Source of the DNA: an uncultured Acidobacteriota bacterium
GTDB lineage: Bacteria > Acidobacteriota > Thermoanaerobaculia > UBA5066 > Gp7-AA6
Assembly (NCBI GenBank): GCA_963804915.1
Contig: CAWDSI010000014.1
Location: 70,975-134,974 of the forward strand
Direction: 5' to 3'
DNA length: 64,000 nt
A model generated the notes under the pieces. It saw nothing but the letters and a program-made list of their open reading frames with translations, was not told the origin of the DNA and did not search any database. This document shows, in pieces, positions 46,912 through 56,460 of this stretch. Within the stretch, counting starts at the first letter, position 1, and every line of letters begins with the position of its first letter. The translations under genes and the position numbers were made by a program.

Positions 46912-48378
46912 TCAGTCCCTCCGGCGGTACCAGACCCAGAGGCCGAGGAGGATGGCGAGGCCGGGCAGGCCCGCGATGCTCGCGATCGCGATGCGGCGGA
47001 GCTGGGTCTCCGAGAGCGTCAGCGACGTCTGGTCGGGAGTCTTGGGCGGGATGCCGATCTGCTTTTCGGCGCCCGCGAGCCAGTGGATCGCGTTCGCGAA
47101 GAAGATGCCGTTGGCGCCGTTCGACAGCGCGCCGTTGGTCGCGTAGCGCGAGTTTCCAACGACCACGATGCGGGCGGCGGTCGAGGGCGCGGGCTTCGCC
47201 TCGTCCGCCGGACCGACGGCCACCGCCAGCGAGACGGGGCCGGCGAGATCGGTCGGATCCTTCTTGACCTCGCTCGCGAGGTCTTTCAGGTTCATTTCCC
47301 CCCAGCCCTCGGCCGAGGTCTCGACGAGCATCGCCTCGGCCACGCCGTCAGGGGGCTTCTCGGCCTTGGCCACCGACCGGGAGAGCTGGAAGATGACCGG
47401 CAGCTTCGCATCGGCGAGCGGGCGCACGGTGGGGTGGTTGCCGTAGCGGTCGGCGAGCACGACCTCGGCGCCCATCTGCGCCAGCGCGTTCGCCGGATCG
47501 ATCACGATGTCGTCGCCGATCTTGAGTCCGTACTTTTCGGCGAGGCCCCGGAAGCCCAGATCGGACGGGGGCGCGCCCGGCCCCGGCAGCACCGGATCGA
47601 GCATGATCAGCGCCCGCCCGCCGCCGGCGAGGTACTTGTCGAGAGCCTCGGATTCCGGCGCCAGGAACGCCGTCTGCGGGCCCGCGACGACGACCACGTC
47701 CGCGTCGGCGGGGAGATTGCCCTTGCCCAGCGAATCCCACGTCGCGACGATCATGTTGTCGCGCTCCAGCGTCTGCTTGACGTCCGAATACCCCAGGCCG
47801 CGCTGGGTCGAATCGAGGGACGCTTCGCCGTGGCCCTGGGAGAAAACGATCTTCGGCTGCTTCTTTTCCGTCACCGAGAGGATCGCGGAGGTGAACGCCT
47901 CCTCGCCCTTGAAGGCCTTCATCGTCGGCGCGCCACCACCCTGCATGCCGGCGAAGTCGTAGTCGGCGAGCTTGTCCTCGGGCACGAACTTGCTGCGATC
48001 GCCGGAACGGAAGACGATCGTGTTCAGGCGCACGCCGGCCGACTCCTTGATGAGGGCCTCGGCCCGGGCGGGATTGCGCTCCGGGTCCAGGTACTCCACC
48101 TCGATCTTGGGCGAGAGGGCCTGGTAACGCGTCAGGAGCTCCTTGACTTCGGGAAGCAGGCGCGACTGCCGCGGCGTCATGAACACCGTGACGCGCACGG
48201 GCTCCTTGAGGCCCGCGAGGATCTTCTTCGTCTGCTCGGAGAGCGAATAGATCCGGGAGCGGGTCCAGTCGGCCCGGGCCCAGTGGCGCGCGGCGAGATA
48301 GTTGGCCCCGAGGATGATCGCGGCCGCGAGCAGGATGCCGACGGCCGACGTGCCCGTGCGGACGCTGCGGGCGCTCAC
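46912..48378 (-). CDS. GldG-like ABC-transporter auxiliary protein
   Basis: N- and C-terminal TM anchors flank a large periplasmic domain (RIYSLSEQTKKIL..., VVVAGPQTAFLAPE..., IVVVGNSRYATN). The GTG start overlaps the permease stop (GTGA). Confidence 0.8.
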   Translation of the reverse strand: MSARSVRTGTSAVGILLAAAIILGANYLAARHWARADWTRSRIYSLSEQTKKILAGLKEPVRVTVFMTPRQSRLLPEVKELLTRYQALSPKIEVEYLDPERNPARAEALIKESAGVRLNTIVFRSGDRSKFVPEDKLADYDFAGMQGGGAPTMKAFKGEEAFTSAILSVTEKKQPKIVFSQGHGEASLDSTQRGLGYSDVKQTLERDNMIVATWDSLGKGNLPADADVVVVAGPQTAFLAPESEALDKYLAGGGRALIMLDPVLPGPGAPPSDLGFRGLAEKYGLKIGDDIVIDPANALAQMGAEVVLADRYGNHPTVRPLADAKLPVIFQLSRSVAKAEKPPDGVAEAMLVETSAEGWGEMNLKDLASEVKKDPTDLAGPVSLAVAVGPADEAKPAPSTAARIVVVGNSRYATNGALSNGANGIFFANAIHWLAGAEKQIGIPPKTPDQTSLTLSETQLRRIAIASIAGLPGLAILLGLWVWYRRRD

Positions 48379-49112
48379 GGCGTCTCCTTCTTCGAGGACA
48401 GCACCACCGTCGAGAGGAACAGGAAGAACGCCATTCCCGAGAGGTAGTAGACGAGACGCCGCGTGTCGACGATGCCGCGCGCGAACTCGTCCATGTGGTC
48501 CCACATGTTGAGGTAATCGATGATCGTCTGCCGGCTCGGGTCGGCGCCCGACTGGAAGAGCCCGGCGGAGAAGAGCGGGATCAGCATCGCGAAGGTCAGG
48601 ATCGCCGCGACGATCTGGTTCTTGGACAGCGTCGAGGCGAAGACGCCGATCGCGATGAAGTACGCGCCGATGAGCGCGATGCCCAGGTAGCCCGAAGCGA
48701 CCGCGCCGAAGTCGACGGCCGTCTGGGACGCGAGGTAGAGGATGAAGACCAGGCTCGGGATCCAGACGACCAGGAAGAAGCCGAGGGCCCCGAGGAACTT
48801 CCCGAGAACCACGGTCGCCTCCGACACCGGCGACGTCAGCAGGACTTCGAGCGTTCCGGCCTTCCGCTCCTCGGCCAGCAGCCGCATCGTGATGATGGGG
48901 ACGATGAAGAGCGTGAAGATCCAGAAGTAGGTGTTCGTGAACATCAGCGACAGGAACCGCTCCCGCGCCACGCCGGGCGTGGCGAGGAACGCGACGATGC
49001 GGGAGAAGATGAAGCCGTTCAGGAACATGTAAGCCGCGAGGATCACGTAGGCGAGGGGCGAGAAGAAGTACGCCCGCCACTCCCGGCCGACGATCGCGAA
49101 GAGCTTCCTCAC
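48375..49112 (-). CDS. ABC-2 type transporter permease (GldF-like)
   Basis: Six hydrophobic segments. The EERKAGTLEVLLTSP motif is characteristic of ABC-2/GldF permeases. Confidence 0.82.
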   Translation of the reverse strand: MRKLFAIVGREWRAYFFSPLAYVILAAYMFLNGFIFSRIVAFLATPGVARERFLSLMFTNTYFWIFTLFIVPIITMRLLAEERKAGTLEVLLTSPVSEATVVLGKFLGALGFFLVVWIPSLVFILYLASQTAVDFGAVASGYLGIALIGAYFIAIGVFASTLSKNQIVAAILTFAMLIPLFSAGLFQSGADPSRQTIIDYLNMWDHMDEFARGIVDTRRLVYYLSGMAFFLFLSTVVLSSKKETP

Positions 49113-50131
49113 GACACCGGCCCCTCTCCGCCGTCGGCCGGCGACGAGGACGACGAAGGCGTCGAAGACGGCTCGGCCGCGACCGGCTCCTCCGCCGGAA
49201 CGGCCTCGTCGTGGCGGGTCAGCCGCACGAACACGTCCTCGAGCGTCATCGCCTCACGGCCGAGCTCCCGGAGCACCCAGCCCTTCTGGACCGCGAGCCG
49301 GAAGACGTCCTCGCGCGGGTCGCCCTCCGGCGCGCAGGTCAGGCGGACGCGCGTTTCGTCGGCCGTCTCCTCGACCTCGACCGCGGCCACGCCCGGGAGC
49401 ACGGCGAGCGCCTCGCGGGCCGCCACGACGCCCCGAATCGCCACGCGGATCACGGGCGAGCCGGCAAGCTTGCCGCGCAGCTCCGAGGGCGTGCCTTCGG
49501 CCACGATACGTCCGCGATCGATGATGAGGACGCGGTCGCAGACGGCTTCGACCTCGGGAAGGATGTGCGTGGACAGCAGCACGGAGCGGTTCTTCCCGAG
49601 CTCGCGGATGGTCTCGCGGATCTTGATGATCTGCACGGGATCGAGCCCGATCGTCGGCTCGTCGAGGATCAGCACCGGCGGCTGGTGGACGAGCGCGCCC
49701 GCGAGGGCCGTCCGCTGCCGGAACCCCTTCGAGAGGTTCTCGATTTTCCGACCGGCCACCTCGGACAGCAGGCACCGATCGAGAGCCTCCTGGACACGTC
49801 CGCGCACGAGCCCGCGCGGGACGCCTTCGAGCCGGGCGCGGAACGCGAGGTACTCGCGCACCCGCATTTCGGGGTACGTGGCGGCGGACTCCGGCAGGTA
49901 GCCCAGCGACGCCCGCGCGGCATTCGACTGGCTCACGACGTCGTGTCCGGCGACCCGGGCCGTTCCCGCGCTCGGCGGGAGGAACCCCGTCAGCACCCGC
50001 ATCGTCGTGGTCTTCCCGGCCCCGTTGGGCCCGAGGAATCCGACGATCTCGCCTTCCTTCACGGAAAAGGTGACGTCGTCGACCGCGAGCCGGGTCGGGT
50101 AGCGCTTCGACAGATTTTGGACTTCGATCAT
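49109..50131 (-). CDS. ABC transporter ATP-binding protein (GldA-like) with C-terminal extension
   Basis: [33 protein letters not shown]. Confidence 0.9.
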   Translation of the reverse strand: MIEVQNLSKRYPTRLAVDDVTFSVKEGEIVGFLGPNGAGKTTTMRVLTGFLPPSAGTARVAGHDVVSQSNAARASLGYLPESAATYPEMRVREYLAFRARLEGVPRGLVRGRVQEALDRCLLSEVAGRKIENLSKGFRQRTALAGALVHQPPVLILDEPTIGLDPVQIIKIRETIRELGKNRSVLLSTHILPEVEAVCDRVLIIDRGRIVAEGTPSELRGKLAGSPVIRVAIRGVVAAREALAVLPGVAAVEVEETADETRVRLTCAPEGDPREDVFRLAVQKGWVLRELGREAMTLEDVFVRLTRHDEAVPAEEPVAAEPSSTPSSSSSPADGGEGPVS

Positions 50132-50233
50132 GGGAGAACTTTGGAAACCCCGCTATGGAACGCGGAAGAATAATCCATATTCCCGACGAAAGGCGTTCCA
50201 GGAAGGAAAAGTCCGGTCGCGTATCATCGCCGG

Positions 50234-51136
50234 GTGATCGTCGTCGACAACGTCTCGAAGACCTACGGGCGGCGGCGAACCCGCGCGCTCGACGGCGTTT
50301 CCCTCGAGATCGCCCGCGGCGAGACGGTGGGTCTGATCGGTCCCAACGGCGCCGGCAAGACGACGCTCCTCTCCTGTCTGCTGGGCTTTCTTCGACCGGA
50401 CTCCGGGACCATCCGCATCGACGGGCGGCCTGTCGACGATCTCTCCATCCGCGCCCGCACGGGCTACATGCCCGAGCGGCTGGGCTTCGACCGCGAGCTG
50501 ACCGGCGCGGACTTCCTCGCCTTTCACTGGCGGCTCGCCGGGGGCGATCCGAGCCGCACGAAGGAGGAAACCTCCGCGGCGGCGGCCCGGGTCGGCCTCG
50601 AAGCCGAAGCGCTCTCGCGCAAGCTCCGAACCTACTCCCGGGGCATGCTCCAGCGCATCGGTGTCGCCCAGGCCACGCTGCGCGATCCGGACCTGCTCTT
50701 TCTGGACGAGCCGGCCTCGGGCACGGACCCGCTCGGTGTCGTCACGGTCCGGGACCGGATCCTCGAGGCGAGGAAGCGCGGCGCGACCATCGTGCTCAAC
50801 TCTCACCAGCTCCCGGAAGTCGAAAAGGTCTGCGACCGCGTCGTGTTCATCGACCACGGACGGCTGACGCGCACCGAGACCCTGACCGGCGAGACCGCAT
50901 CGCGGCGGCGCGTCACGATCCGCGTGCGCGAAAGCGACGCCGCCCGGGCCGCCGAGGTCCTCGCCGGGGCGGGTCTCGCCGCGGAGACCGACGGGAGCGG
51001 CCAGCTGCGTCTTCCCGGAGGCAGCGAAGAGGAGGCCGCGCGCGTGGTCAAGACGCTCGCGCTCGCCGACGTGCCGGTCCTCGAGGTCCGCTCTTCCGCC
51101 GAGCTCGAAGAGCTCTTCCGAAGCCGCCCGTCGTGA
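50234..51136 (+). CDS. ABC transporter ATP-binding protein
   Basis: GPNGAGKTT, YSRGMLQR, LFLDEPASGTDP, NSHQL. Divergent from the GldA-like gene. Confidence 0.88.
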   Translation: MIVVDNVSKTYGRRRTRALDGVSLEIARGETVGLIGPNGAGKTTLLSCLLGFLRPDSGTIRIDGRPVDDLSIRARTGYMPERLGFDRELTGADFLAFHWRLAGGDPSRTKEETSAAAARVGLEAEALSRKLRTYSRGMLQRIGVAQATLRDPDLLFLDEPASGTDPLGVVTVRDRILEARKRGATIVLNSHQLPEVEKVCDRVVFIDHGRLTRTETLTGETASRRRVTIRVRESDAARAAEVLAGAGLAAETDGSGQLRLPGGSEEEAARVVKTLALADVPVLEVRSSAELEELFRSRPS

Positions 51137-51146
51137 AGGAAGCCTC

Positions 51147-51839
51147 GTGATCGAAATGGTCCGGCGATTCCTGCGGCAGAAGGCGCGCAGCGGCGGCACC
51201 CTCGTGCTGCTCGGGCTGCTGGCGGGAATGTCGGGCCTGTCGATCCTGGTCTCCGGCGGTCCGGGCGGGCCCGGCGGGGGCGGCTACATCGCCCTCCTCG
51301 TCCTCGCGGCCGCCTCGGTGTCGAAGGACGCGTCCTCGGGCGCCCTGCAGATGATCCTGGCTCGCCCGATCCGCCGCACGGACTACCTTTTCGGGCGCTA
51401 TCTCGGGATCGTGGTCGCATTCGCGGCGTTCTCCGTCGCGTGCGTGGCGCTCGGCCTGCTGACCCGGACTCTCTGGGGGCCCCGAGGCCCGCTCGCACCG
51501 CTCGAGCTGGCGGGGAGCATCGGATTCGCCACGCTCTGGGCCGCGCAGATGGCGGCCGTGCTCATCTTTTTCTCGACGTTCCTGCCGGGCTACGGGGATG
51601 TCGTCGCGTTGCTGCTGCTGCAGATCTTCGTCTCGCTGCGCACCAACGTGCCGTGGATGGTCAAGACGTCTCAGGCACTCGGGCGCGATCTGCTCCCCTC
51701 GGTCGCCTGGGAAGGCGTCTTTCGGGGCCATCCCGACGCGGTGGCCGCCGCCGGACGCGCCGTCCTGGCGGCATCGCTCTTCCTCACGGCCGCGGCCGTG
51801 GTTTTTTCCCGAAGGGAGTTTGCGTATGGACGCGATTGA
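51147..51839 (+). CDS. ABC-2-like membrane permease
   Basis: Six predicted hydrophobic helices. Directly follows the ATPase gene. Confidence 0.6.
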   Translation: MIEMVRRFLRQKARSGGTLVLLGLLAGMSGLSILVSGGPGGPGGGGYIALLVLAAASVSKDASSGALQMILARPIRRTDYLFGRYLGIVVAFAAFSVACVALGLLTRTLWGPRGPLAPLELAGSIGFATLWAAQMAAVLIFFSTFLPGYGDVVALLLLQIFVSLRTNVPWMVKTSQALGRDLLPSVAWEGVFRGHPDAVAAAGRAVLAASLFLTAAAVVFSRREFAYGRD

Positions 51840-52362
51840 CGCCGGCGCCGGCGCCCTTCCTCGATCCCGATCCCAGTCGGCCCTCTCTCCGATCCTGCTC
51901 TGGATCCTGCTCGCCGCCGTGCTGCTTCGGATCGTGACCGCCGTCATGGACCGGGCCGGGAAGGACGGTCCGGGGCTGGTCCAGTGGCAAAGGCGCGGAG
52001 AAGCTTCGGCCCAGGCGGCGCGCTCGGGCAAGCCCGTGCTCTACGACTTCACGGCCGCGTGGTGCGGCCCGTGCAAGCTCCTCGACGAGGCCTGGGCAGA
52101 CAGTTCCGTCGCCGACAAGGTCAACGCGGGGTTCGTGCCCGTGCGCATTACGGACCGCGTGCGCGAGGACGGACGGAACCCTCCCGATATCGCCGAGCTC
52201 CAGCGTCGATACGAGGTCTCGGTCTTTCCGACGGTCGTGATTGCCGCGCCCGACGGCCGCCTCATCGCGAAGCACGAAGGCTTCCGGAACCCGGAAGCCC
52301 TCGCCGAGTTTCTCGCCGAAGCGGCGGGCGGCGCGGGAGCCCGGCCGCCCACATCCTTCTAG
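51826..52362 (+). CDS. membrane-anchored thioredoxin-family protein
   Basis: TM helix LSPILLWILLAAVLLRIV, then a thioredoxin fold with a WCGPC active site. Confidence 0.75.
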   Translation: MDAIDAGAGALPRSRSQSALSPILLWILLAAVLLRIVTAVMDRAGKDGPGLVQWQRRGEASAQAARSGKPVLYDFTAAWCGPCKLLDEAWADSSVADKVNAGFVPVRITDRVREDGRNPPDIAELQRRYEVSVFPTVVIAAPDGRLIAKHEGFRNPEALAEFLAEAAGGAGARPPTSF

Positions 52363-52377
52363 TCTTCGAGTCTTCGT

Positions 52378-53298
52378 CTACTCTTCGTCTTCGTCTTCGT
52401 CGCCGGTCGCGCCGGTCCGCACGGAGACCGGACCGTTCACCGTCGCCACGCGAACGAGCACGGGCCCGTCTCCGACCTCGATCTTCCGCCCGTCGTCGTC
52501 CCAGGTCTTGCGCGCCGAGCCGCACCCCTCGCCACGACACTGGAACGGCGAGCGGCCGGCCGATTCCACGACCGCCGACGACGCGTAGCCCGCCGGTATG
52601 GACAGGCTCACGGGGCCGTTGACCGCGCGGGCGTCCAGACCGTCGCCCTCCCAGGAGCGGCCGCCCAGCGTCACGCCGATGGGGCCGTTCTGCGTCCGGA
52701 GCTTCGAGCGGCCGGACGCCCCGACGAAGGAGATCGGGCCGTTCTCGGCCTCGAGGTCCAGCTCGCCGGTCGCCCGGCGGGCCGAGATGGGACCGTTCTC
52801 CGTTCGCGCCGTGACCCGGCCGGAGAGCCCGATCAGACCGATGGGCCCGTTGGACGCCGAGATCTCGAGCGAGGCTCCTCGCGGCGCCGCCACGAGGAGG
52901 TAGCCGGCCCAGTCCCCGCTCGAGGGACCGGTCACGGAGACCTGGCTGGCGGAGCGCGCCAGGGCGATCGCGGCCAGGCTCGATTGTTTCGGAGCCGCCT
53001 TGCAGAGGACGACCTCGAAGTCGGCGCGGTCGGCCTCCCGCACGTAGATACCGGAGTTCTCGGCCGCCTCCAGCCGCAGCGTGCCGCCGGCCGGAAGCGT
53101 CGTCGTCTCCTCCGCCCGAACGGCGGGACGGTCGTCGAACTCGACCTGGATGTCGTCGCAGGTCGCGGGCTCGTCGTGATCGATCGAGACGTTTCTATGG
53201 CCGTGGCTGTGACGATGCCCCTCTCCGGCGAGCGATGTGCCCGCGGTCAGGGCCAGGGTCACGGCACAGCAGAGAACGAGGTCCGGGCGTATCCGCAT
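52378..53298 (-). CDS. DUF4097-like beta-strand repeat protein (secreted)
   Basis: ATG at 53298 preceded by GGGAGGAAG. Signal peptide MRIRPDLVLCCAVTLALTAGTSLA. His-rich GEGHRHSHGHRN. Repeated NGPI(S/G) units. Acidic tail GDEDEDEE. Confidence 0.7.
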   Translation of the reverse strand: MRIRPDLVLCCAVTLALTAGTSLAGEGHRHSHGHRNVSIDHDEPATCDDIQVEFDDRPAVRAEETTTLPAGGTLRLEAAENSGIYVREADRADFEVVLCKAAPKQSSLAAIALARSASQVSVTGPSSGDWAGYLLVAAPRGASLEISASNGPIGLIGLSGRVTARTENGPISARRATGELDLEAENGPISFVGASGRSKLRTQNGPIGVTLGGRSWEGDGLDARAVNGPVSLSIPAGYASSAVVESAGRSPFQCRGEGCGSARKTWDDDGRKIEVGDGPVLVRVATVNGPVSVRTGATGDEDEDEE

Positions 53299-53359
53299 GG
53301 CTTCCTCCCGAACCCGGATACGCCGGAACACCCCCGAGGTTACGGGGATCGGAAGGAAC

Positions 53360-56300
53360 TCACTCCGCGACCAGGACCGGCCCGCCGGTCCGCACGATCG
53401 TGACCGCGGAGCCCTCGGCGTCCGTGAGCGGCTTCTCCCACCAGTCGCCATTCCGGCTCCCGACCTCGGAGTACGGCCCCGCGGGCACCACTCCCACCGA
53501 TCGGTTGCGCCCGGACTGTTTCGCCAGGTACAGGGCGCGGTCGGCGAGCTTGAGGACCTCGGTGAAGGCGAACGTGCGCGTCGAGTCCGGGTACCAGGGG
53601 AAAGGCGCCCAGCCCACCGAGCAGGTGCGTCGGACACGCTGCCCGCCGCCGAGGTCGAAGGGCTCGGATCCGACGGCGGTCATGACCCGGCCCGCGAGGA
53701 CGTCGCCGCGCGTCCGGTCGGCGTCGCGCGAGATCAGGAGGAACTCCTCGCCGCCCCAGCGGATGAGGCGGTCGGAGTCGCGCACGACGCCGGTGAGCCG
53801 GCGCGCCATTTCGGCGAGCACGCCGTCGCCGCGGTCGTGGCCGTAGTCGTCGTTGACTTCTTTGAAGTGGTCGATGTCGACGATGTAGAAGATGAGATCG
53901 CAGTTGCGCGGGCGGCTGGCCGGCGGCGTCGAGTGGACCCGCAGCGTCCGGTTCACGTCGTCCTCGATGACGGTCGAGAAGAAGCGCCGGTTGCGAGCTC
54001 CGGTCAGGGCGTCGGTGAAAGACGCTTCGCGCAGCTCCCGGTTGGCCGCGGCGAGCTCGGCGCTCCGCGCGGCCACGGCTTCCTCCAGACTCCGCCGCTC
54101 GGCCTCCAGGTGTCGCGTCCGCCAGCGGACGACGAGAACGAGGACCGCGGCCGCGAGGACGCCCCAGAGGATCCGGGCCCAGAGGGTCTGCCACCAGGCG
54201 GGCTGCACGCGGAGCCGGAAGACGGCCGGCTGGCGGGATTCCTTTCCGAGCGCGGAGACGCAGAGGACCTCGAAGCGATAGTCGCCGCTCGGGAGCGCGG
54301 GGAACCGCGCCTCGATGAGGTCGGTCTCCGTGTACTGGTCGACCAGGCCGATCATGCGGTAGCGGTAGCGGACCTTGCGAGGCTCGACGAAGGTCAACCC
54401 CGCCCAGGCCACGCTGAAGTTGCGGTCGCGCGGACCGAGCACCGCGCCGGCGGGATCCAGGCGCCGGTCTCCCGTGACCACCGAGGTGATCACGACGTGC
54501 GGCGGCGGCTCGGGCGCCGGAGGAATCCCCGAGCGGAAGCGGACGAGGCCCCGGCTCGTGCCCAGCCAGACCGTGCCGTCGGCGTCGGCGAAGAACGCGT
54601 TCTGATCGAGGTCGTCGCTGATCATGCCGTTCGCCTTGCCGTAACGCGCCGTCAGCGCCCAGTTCGGGCCGTAGACGTCGACTCCCGAGCCCGTGCCGAT
54701 CCAGGTCGCTCCGGCCGCATCGCGTCCCGCGAGAACGACCTTGTTGGACACGAGCCCCGTCGCGACGTCGATGGGCCGCACGGTCAGGCGATCTCCCTGG
54801 AGGATCACCTTGGCGCCGCCGATCGCTTCGCGATAGGCGATCACGAGACTGCCGTCGGACGCGAAGGCGATCGACGACACGAAATCCTCGCGCAGACCAT
54901 CGCGGACCGTGAAGCGCCGGGGAGCGGGACCGTTGACCCGGAGGATCCCCTGCTTGCTGGCGGCGTAGACGATCCCGGCCGGATCTTCGGCGAAGGCGCG
55001 GACGTTGTCGGGCTTGTCGCGGCCGATCGAGACGCGCTCGAGCCGGTCGGCGCGGGAGCCGGGCGCGAGACGGTAGAGGCCGTTGACGGCTCCGACCCAG
55101 ACCTCCCCGTCGGGCCGCACGTGGATCGCCGCCACGCGCAATTGCTCGCCCGCGGCGTCCTCGGCGGCGAGGCGGCGGAGGCGGCCGTCCGGCGCGATGT
55201 GGGTGACGCCCCCGGGCCACGATCCCGCCCAGACGCTGCCGTCCTCGGCGGAGGCGAGCGCATTGACGACGTTGCCCGCGAGGCCGTCGGCCTCGAAGTA
55301 ATGTCGGATCGCTCCGGTCGTGGGATCGATGCGATTGAGGCCCTGCTCGGTGCCGACCCAGACCGGGCCCGGGCCGGGCCGCGTCTTCTGCCGCGTGATC
55401 GACCAGACGACGTCGTGCGACAGTCCATCCGAGGCGGACCAGTTCGTGATCTGGCCGTGCCCCAGCCGCCGCGCCAGGCCGCCGCCGAGCAGGCCGACCC
55501 AGAGCGAGCCCTCACGATCGACGGTCGCGGCGAGCGCCGTGTCGACCGGGAGCCCTTCGCGACGCCCGATGAGGCGCCAGAGTCCTCCGTCGCGCGACGC
55601 CAGGCCCTGGACCGTGGGCACGAGCACGCGGCCGAGATCGTCGACCGCCAGCCGTCCGATCTCGCTCGAGTCCGGAAGGCCCTTGTCGTCGCGTTCGAAG
55701 CGTTGCGCGCCCCGCGGGAGGAGATAGAGCCGCTTGACGGTCCGGACCCAGAGGCGGCCCTCGCCGTCCGTCCGGATGTCGTCCAGAGTCTCGTCGGCCG
55801 GCAGTCCTCGCGGCCGCCCGAACTCGACGGTCCGGCCGGACTCCTTGCGGAAGAGCTGGCCGCCGCGCGAGAAATACACGACGCCGCTCGGGTCCGCGTG
55901 CACCGCGCTGACCGGACCGCTGCCCACCGAATTGGCCTCCTGGTCGAACTGGAACCGATCCGCGCGTCCGACGTAGAGGCCCCGGTCGGTGCCGACGAAC
56001 AGCGTGCCCGACGCGTCCGAGGCGATCCCCTGGTGCGCGAATCGAGAAGATGCCGAGGCCCTCCTTCTCGTCGAGGACCGTGAAGCGCTCGTTGCCGTAG
56101 CGCGCGAGGCCCGCCGCGGTCGCGACGTACAGCCGGCCGTCGACGGTCTCGTGAAGCTGAAAGATCCGCAGCCGCGGCAGGCCGTCGCGATGGCCGAACT
56201 TGCGGAAACGGCTCCCGTCGTAGCGGAACAGGCCGTCGTCGGTTCCGACCCAGATGAAGCCGACGCGGTCCTGGATCACGCACTCGACCGAGAGGTCCTC

Positions 56301-56444
56301 GAGGCCGTCTTCCTTCGTGAAGCTGCGGAACTCGAAGCGGCCTTCGAACGGCGCGCGGCCTCCCTCGTCGGCCGCGAGCGCGGCGGCGACCGCGGCGAAC
56401 GCGGTCACGAGACACACCGCCGGTATTCGGAGGATTTTGCGCAC
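53360..56444 (-). pseudogene. periplasmic beta-propeller (two-component regulator propeller / Y_Y_Y) sensor diguanylate cyclase (GGDEF), one +1 frame disruption near 56034-56040
   Basis: Signal peptide MRKILRIPAVCLVTAFAAVAAALA. Many W(V/I)GT..GL propeller repeats. TM WARILWGVLAAAVLVLVV, a coiled coil, then a GGDEF domain (DIDHFKEVNDDYGHDRGD, RWGGEEF). The frame switches at ..EKEGLGIFSIR | HQGIASDASGTLFVGTDRGLY. Confidence 0.8.
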
Positions 56445-56460
56445 GCGAAAAAAACGGAGC

